A stretch of DNA of 64,000 nucleotides from NCBI GenBank assembly GCA_963693365.1, contig CAVNZM010000017.1, positions 5,880,708-5,944,707 of the forward strand, written 5' to 3'. Both the position numbers and the translations under genes were made by a program. Numbering within the stretch: position 1 is the first letter of the stretch; each line of letters starts with the position of its first letter. This document shows positions 50,755-64,000 of the stretch, piece by piece. Under the pieces are notes generated by a model, which did not search any database, was not told the DNA's origin, and saw only the letters and a program-made list of their open reading frames with translations. The DNA is from Amoebidium appalachense (Eukaryota > Protista > Ichthyosporea).

Positions 50755-51288
50755 AACAGACACACCGCTACAAACACCCCCCCCCACACACACCTACAGT
50801 TCCACACACCTCACATACACCCCTTTACATTAGCCCACCACCGGGCCAAAAAGAAAAAAAAAAAAAAACGGAAAAAAAAAAAAAAAAAAAAAAAAAAAGG
50901 GATTATTCAGAGGCGATTTTATCTGTCTCACCTGACTCTGCAGCCGGGCCTCCCATCGCGTATACCTCACTGGTGTCATCCTCAGACCTCGAAAATTCAC
51001 ATACTTCGCAGCCTCAGCTCTGCCTCCCATCATCCATATACCTCACTTGTTTCATCCTCGACCTCGTTAATGACATTGCAGACCCTTCGCTCTACAGTGT
51101 GAGCCCCGCCTCCTCCAATTCAGTTATAACTCACTGGTTTCATCCTCGACCTCGTTAATGACATTGCATATCGTTCACTCTAAGGGTGTGTCTCGCGTTA
51201 GCTATAACTCAATGATTTCGTTCTCGACCTCGTTTTTGAAATAACAAACCCTTTCCTCTACAGTGTGGGCTCTGCCTCACGACGTCAA

Positions 51289-57370
<6,082 letters not shown>

Positions 57371-58050
57371 TTTTTCTTCTTTCAGAGCTTGGGCGAGAAC
57401 AACAGTCTGCGCGTGTAAGAAGGCCTCTAACGATGGCCTTTTGGATGCGTGGTTGAGATAGTTTCATACCACCCACGCCTTTTGCGTTTTATTCCTCGAA
57501 CCCAACACACAATTAAGTCTGAGGGCTTGAGCAGGAGCACGGCTAAAGTGTTGGTGGTAAAACTAAACCACCAGTAAAGATTAGATTAAGTACCTATCTT
57601 AAATACACTACGAGAGGGCCACGCTTCAAAAAGCGCGGTTGCTTCAAAAAAAGACTTTGCTAATTTGGCTGGCCCCAAGGCCAGATGTGGCCAACGCTAA
57701 AACTAAAGCGAACCTGCAGGTACTCCTTAGAACTATGTACACAAGCTGCTTGTCATCAAGATACCGACGAAAACGTTAACATGCAGGATTTACACAATTT
57801 CAACCACTGGCTGAAATGTGACTAACTTGAACACTGAGACTCAACTGAACTGTCACGGGCCTGAGTTGATGACATTCCCCTATTGAGCCTAATGACGTCA
57901 TCGTGCCATACGATATCGCGCGTTTTGGCCACAACCGTCTCGAAAATTCTATTTTTATCGTTCTATTTTAGTAACACCCTTACATTTTGGTAGTATCAAT
58001 ATCAGATCTGCGCAGAGGGCCGTCATAAAATCGCATTCCATTGTGCTCGT

Positions 58051-58800
58051 GGTATCTCGATCCACTGGATTCCGGCCCTAAAACGAGATGTCGGCACAGA
58101 ACATGTATGTTGTTGTTTTTCGTTTACGTCTCGCTTTTTTTGGTTCAAAGACGGAGACATCGGTAACATGGCTGACGGCGGGACTGGCCTTATGAAGGGA
58201 GCTGCTCCTCCCGAGCCTGGAATGGATAAGAAGAGAAGTAACGGTCTGCGTAGCAACAAAATCGGTAACATATGCAGTGTTCCAGGCTGCAGAGGCAACT
58301 ACGACGACCAAAACAAGGTTTTCGTTTACAAATTCCCCAACCCAAACGACGGGCGCATTAAAAGCGAGACGCTACGCGAAGAAACACGGAACCTTCTCAG
58401 TGCGTGGCTACGTGCTGTGCCGAGGCAGTGGCCTGATAACTTCGACCCGCACGGTGTTGCGCGGGTCTGCTGCCGTCACTTTCCCGCCCATGACATCGTT
58501 AAAAAAGGTGGCAAAGCGTGGCCTAGGCCAGGCGCCGTCCCGAGCATTTTTCCCAACTGCCCCAGTTACCTGAGCGCCCCTTCCGCGCCTCCTCGTACGG
58601 ACCCGGAAGAGAGAGCCGCAAAGATGGAGAAGGTTCGGGCAAGGCAAGAGGAAGAGGCAGTAGCGAGGAAGCGCCAGAAGGAGATGTTCGTGTTCGGCCA
58701 GCTTGTTGTCCGTGCCCTGGAAATAGGGGAGCGGCACGCCGGCTGGAGGGTTTACGGAGGAAACACAGTGGTCGCTGGCGTTTACGAGCAAGACAATGGT

Positions 58801-58833
<33 letters not shown>

Positions 58834-58923
58834 AAAATCCCCTCCAATGTCCCCATGCCCTCGCCCCCTCACCCCCTCACCCCCCCAACACACAAGGTCA
58901 CATGAGGAGTCGACCGGCATGAA

Positions 58924-58959
<36 letters not shown>

Positions 58960-59039
58960 TTGTGTGTGTCTGTGTGTGACACTGTGTGTGTGTGTGTGTG
59001 TGTGTGACACGTGTGTGTGTGCGCGCGCATCAGTGTGTT

Positions 59040-59089
<50 letters not shown>

Positions 59090-59378
59090 TGTGTCGGGAT
59101 GGGTGGGTGGGGAGGGGGGGGGGGGGGGGTTTCCATATGGTTTTTCACATGCCAAGCGTAGTCAAATGTGGTGCCACACAGATTTTGCTGACTTTTAATT
59201 TGCAGGCCAGTCTCATCCGCTATCTCCTGGACAGCGGCGTGAGCGGCGAGAAGCTCAACTTTGTGCTCACCAGAAAGTTTCAAACCGACTCCCTTGAGGG
59301 TGCTTTTGGCACAATCCGACAGTACAGCGGTGGGAACTACAACGTTGGGACAGCACAGGTGGGTACCTCCCCCCTCCT

Positions 59379-59431
<53 letters not shown>

Positions 59432-59780
59432 ACGCACGCACACCCCTACCCTACTCAGCCACCCACCCACTGCCTGCAACAATGAAACACAAGAGATACA
59501 TCACACACACACGATTCATACAGCATTACAAAGAACAGAGACAGAACAGATATAGGATGATTTGGTGATTCACCTTAATAATAGGATAGTGGTGTCATGA
59601 CATGGTGGCCCCAGGGAATAAAATAATCAGGAGAAAAAAAAAGAGGGGGGGGGGGGGATAGCGAGAGAGGCAGGGACGGAAGAAGGGGTTGGAGGAGGAG
59701 GGGAGGGGGAGGGGGGGTATCAGGATAAAAGGAGTGTGGTGAAAAGAAAGGGTGCAAAGAAAACTGAACGAAAAATGAAA

Positions 59781-59815
<35 letters not shown>

Positions 59816-59932
59816 CGGGGCTGTTGAACTCAAACCACAAAAATGCACACACGTACACGCACACACACACACACAGACACACAGACACACATACACCAAA
59901 CACCACACACACACACACACACACACACCGTA

Positions 59933-59975
<43 letters not shown>

Positions 59976-61281
59976 CACACACACCATACATACACAACCC
60001 CATGCAGATATACCTAAACCATGCTTGTGTACACACGAAGATATGCTATGATACACTGCTTGCGCGCCCGCGCCATAGTGTGTCATATTAAACTTTTATA
60101 GCCACGTGCCATCTATATATACACAAATCACACAATAAACTCACCTCTATGAACAGACTCTCCAGGCCGTCAAAAGGATACGGGTGCAGAAGCTGGCAAA
60201 GCTGGCAGTGCAGACGGGCACAAGTGTAACACAGCTGTTCGACAACATGAACACAGGACTCAACAGCAAACGCAAAACGATCACCATCGAGACCATTCTC
60301 CCACTCTACAACAACACCATCTGGGGCCACGTCTATAAAATCAGCGAAGACGTCAGAAAGCCAGAGGTGCTAACCTACCGGGCAGGGTTCTGTGTGCACG
60401 CGCTTCACGTGTGTGGTGTTGGCTGCAACACAAGTCGTGCACAACTCGAAATCACCACACCCAACAAAAACACCAACACACCCAGTGAAACAAGCACCAC
60501 AGCTACCGAAACAGCCACCACTACGGCCGGGAGAGCCACAGACGATCACTACCGACTCATCCGCGCCGCCAATCGGGGGGGCCTGACTTTCCCTTCACCA
60601 CCAACAGTGAGCATTGTCACATTGGTCTACTGTGTGGTGGAGGCACTGCTAAAGCCACTGGTCAACACGTACCTTCCGGGGGGCAGCCATAGAACGGTGG
60701 CTGTGCTACTCAGCGAACATGCAGTCAAAAGGTACAATACCGATAAGGCACTTATGGACGAGTGTGGGGTGTGCGGCACGCAAAAGAGAGCACTAGTGGA
60801 ACGACTAATAACCGTTGCAACCAACTGCCACCTGAGCGCGTATGTGCGTCAACGCAAGGAACAAGCGAAGAAAGCACCCAACAAAGCAAACCGGAAAGCC
60901 AAAACAGTGCAGGCGGCCGCTTTGGCGGCGAGCGAGGCCGCCGCGGGGGCAGGCGTCCCCGCCACAGTTGCAGGGAGCATGCCGTCGACAAAACCAGCAA
61001 AGAAGAAAAAGGAGAGCAAAACAGAGGAAAAGGGAGGCGAAGGGAGGAAGAAGGGAAAGAAAGGTGAAAACAAAGCAACCACGGCGGAACCACCTACCGT
61101 CGAGTGGGAGATGGAGGGAAACGATGACGAGCTGGTGGCTGCACTGGAGGCAGCAGAGGCGGAGTACGATTGGATGGTAGAGGCGTATTTGGAGGAAGCA
61201 GAGCTCTAGCGGCTTTGTCAGTGTTTTCTAACCCTCTTTCTTTTCTTTTTTTTGCCAGTAGGTAGAGGTGTGAGGGTTTGC

Positions 61282-61320
<39 letters not shown>

Positions 61321-61712
61321 CTACACAGTGTTTATTGGTTGGTGGTTAGTGTTGCAGGACATAGACGTTCTAATACTTAACATACAGGTAGTATTATGTT
61401 ACCTAGTGGATAGAAACACCTTTGAGAGAATATACGCAAAGAAGAGTTCTAGTTTTGTAGCAGATCTTTGCTCACTATGTGTAAACGTGAACTGCTCAAT
61501 AGATATAACTATACTGAGACTCAGCTACACTATTATGTACACTATGCCAAAACTTTGTGCTATAGGGCTTGCGCATATTACTCTAAGACAAAAAAACGCC
61601 TTAGAACATAGGAAGCACTTCATAAACTTTTGTCGTTTTTTTTTTTCCTTCCGTTTTCCTTCATAATCTGCGCACTGATAGTAGTTTGCTAGCGAATCCA
61701 GTGGATCGAAAT
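58051..61712. repeat. Subterminal inverted repeat pair flanking the THAP transposase
   Basis: ggtatctcgatccactggattc at ~58051-58072 and its reverse complement gaatccagtggatcgaaatacc at ~61693-61714 (1 mismatch in 22). Confidence 0.7.
58168..61209 (+). mobile_element. P-element/THAP9-like transposase gene, internally deleted (THAP domain and C-terminal part kept, most of the catalytic core missing)
   Basis: Exon 58168-58798: THAP domain CSVPGC..FP..WLRAV..RVCCRHF..GAVPSIF plus a charged helix. Exon 59206-59358: FVLTRKFQTDSLEGAFGTIRQYSGGN (P-transposase 'QD.LE.FF..R..GG' motif). Exon 60157-61209: YRAGF..C..C..LI..NRGGLTFPS. The exon 1 donor is phase 1 but the next acceptor is phase 0. Confidence 0.8.
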
Positions 61713-62145
61713 ACCAATCTGCTCTTTTGACCCCGTTCTGTATCCAGGCCGTCTTTTTTTCAGAGGGCCGTGGCCGTGGTATACCATGGTTTTGGCCACG
61801 GCCCTCTGAAAACAGAGGGCGGTGTTTTGGCGCGAAAGCAACTTCTGCCGAGCACTGGCATGCGCAAACGGGGGCCGGCCGGGGTCAAAGGCCTCCTACT
61901 CAGACGGGGTCCCGGGGAGCCTCAGTGGCAGGGGAAAAAAGCGAAGATGCATGTTTACAATACTGTGGGAGAGTTCTGTATACAAAGATGAGGCTGTAAT
62001 GGGCGAGGTACCAACAAGACGGGATAAGAGCAGGCGTACAGGGGGGGAAGACCATGCGCGTGCACACTATGTACGGCCAGCTAAAATTAGCGGTTTGTGT
62101 AGTTTGAAGCCTTTGCCAAACATTTTTTCTTTTCTGGAGCGGTGG

Positions 62146-62181
<36 letters not shown>

Positions 62182-62722
62182 GGGAGGAGGGAGCCGGGGG
62201 GGTGGGGGGGGGGGGGGGGGGGGGGGCGTGAGCGCTGCCACCACCACAAGTACCCCCTCCTTTACCCTCAACAACTATCATTCACTGTGGACGCACACGT
62301 GCAAAGGCGAGTGCTGGCAGCTGTCACCATGCTTAAGAGATTGAAATAGAGCACACGTCCATCTTATCCTTAAAAGTAGGAGAAAATGTGTCGATCAAAT
62401 TAGCCTACTACCGTGGCACCGCCAGACAGGCAAGGAACTCACACAAAGATTTCTCGCTACTTGTCTGCAAGAAAGTATTGGAGATGTTGAAGCTACTACT
62501 CGTCTGCAAGAAAGTTTTGGAGATGTTGAAGCTACAACGAGAACAATTATTCATATAGATAACCCCACCGTAAACTAAACTATATATAGTCCTAGTCAAA
62601 CTTGGGAACATATAACCATGATAAAATCAAAAAACATGGTTCAAAGAATGGTGGATGTAACTTGCGCAGCAACCAAAGCAAAAGAGGAAAGAAAATAAAA
62701 CAAAACATCAAAATAATTGCCC

Positions 62723-63468
62723 TCACATGGAAGCAAAAGTCTTGCCCTGCCAGCCGACACTCTCATATGTCTGTGCCCTGAAGTCAATGTAGTATCTGTC
62801 AGCCGCCACCTTGAAGTGCTGCTGCAAAAGTTTGCTCACACCCTCACTAATGGAGTCGGCAGCCTTGCCGTTGAACCCACCGATGCTCATGCAGGCCAAC
62901 TGTGTGTGTATGCGTGCGTGAGTTTGATACAGGGAACCAGGATGAACGCGTAGGGAGGGGGGGAGGGAGGGGGAGGGGGGGGGCGGCGGGGGACGACAAT
63001 AGAAAGACCGGGTGGTTGGGGAAGTGTGGCACCGGGGGGGGGGGGGGGGGGGGGGGAGCAGGGAAGGGGGGAGTGAGAGAGCGAGAGAGAGAGAGACAGT
63101 GTGTGTGTGTGTGTGTGTGTGTGTTTGTTGGGGGGGGGGGGGGGGGGGGGGAGGGGGGGGGGGGGGGCGGGGGGTAGTGGGGATAAGGGAATTCCGAGGG
63201 ACCCCGTGCGGAGGGGGGAGGGAGGGGAGGGAGGGCGGAGGGGGGGGAAAGGAGACGGTGTATGTGCAGGGCATTTAAGTGGGAGCAAAAGTTTGTTCAT
63301 AGTTATGTTTCTTGTTTATTCTGACTCTCCCTACTGTCCGTTTTTAAACGGTTTAGGCGACAGGAGCTTCGAGGGAAAGAAGGGGAAGGGACGAAAAGAG
63401 GAAAAGTAGGTGAAGTTACTTTCATTCCACTAAACCGAGGTTAATTTGTTTACCCCTCCCCCCCCCCT

Positions 63469-63521
<53 letters not shown>

Positions 63522-64000
63522 ACACACGCAGACAAGTGTACACACACACACACACCAATGCACATAAACCACAGCACAGCACAAACGCCAGCAACTTTTC
63601 GCGATCCCGCTGGAGGGGACGGTAATGACGCCCAGGAAAAGCAAGGTGCGAAACAAAAAGCGCGCGCCACTTTATGTTTTAGAAAAAACACCTTTAATAT
63701 CTTCACTACAGCGTTAGAAAAGAGCTCTTAGATGCCAACTCCACAGAAAAAAAGTGCAATTAACGACAGTTGTGCATAGGACAAATTACTTGCCGATTGT
63801 GTCCGCACCAGCTCACACTAAGGATTGGCACTGAAGTCAAGCCAGAGTGCAAAAACATCACAAGCGCACACGTAGGTGGTCTAGCACAGAACATGCCCTC
63901 AAATACGTACCTGTGCACACGGATCAGTCGAGCCCCCAAAGCACATGCCGGTTGCCTGCTGTACACTCACAGTCACATAATTCTCTGGCTTACCCGTGCC
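62723..64000 (-). CDS. MIF: Macrophage migration inhibitory factor / tautomerase family protein (5' end lies outside the window)
   Basis: Exon >64000-63911 GTGKPENYVTVSVQQATGMCFGGSTDPCAQ|gtacgt; exon 62899-62723 LACMSIGG..DRYYIDF..VGWQGKTFASM-stop. Collinear with MIF (TGKP..Y, FGGS.EPCA, SIG, DR.YI, VGW..TF). Confidence 0.9.

Noticed and set aside
58408-59433. 341-aa minus-strand ORF
   Set aside because: Antisense to the THAP transposase exons and microsatellite.
62457-62536. 39-bp tandem duplication (similar small duplications at ~15393-15440 and ~47520-47755)
   Set aside because: Ordinary local duplications with no sign of function.

Overview
Eukaryotic genomic DNA, plausibly an opisthokont/holozoan from gene content (inference only). 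It is saturated with poly-G/poly-C tracts and (CA)n/(GT)n/(CT)n microsatellites, which generate nearly all of the poly-P/G/HT/CV ORFs in the track. Reading through GT-AG introns recovers five cellular genes: B4GALT7-like galactosyltransferase (-, 7845-14634), a small LD-like + 2.5-LIM protein (+, 16045-21118), a PY-motif/TLDc protein (+, 24634-28717), a Cys-rich secreted phospholipase A2 (-, 51289-57370) and the 3' part of MIF (-, 62723 to the window end). Mobile DNA includes an internally deleted, intron-containing P-element/THAP9-like transposase (58168-61209), three LINE fragments, a TIR element with Mutator-like features (38845-40521), a TG..CA MITE (18143-18862) and a foldback element (43539-43745). 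Three observations stand out. (1) Many introns are G/GT-rich in the 5' half and C/CA-rich in the 3' half, with (CA)n replacing the polypyrimidine tract, which suggests structure-bridged splicing. (2) An intronless caspase/CHAT-fold-like ORF (36576-37373) sits between two direct copies of a complex repeat element. (3) The whole TLDc gene lies between ~43-bp inverted repeats. All gene models and family calls are by eye; no database searches were run.
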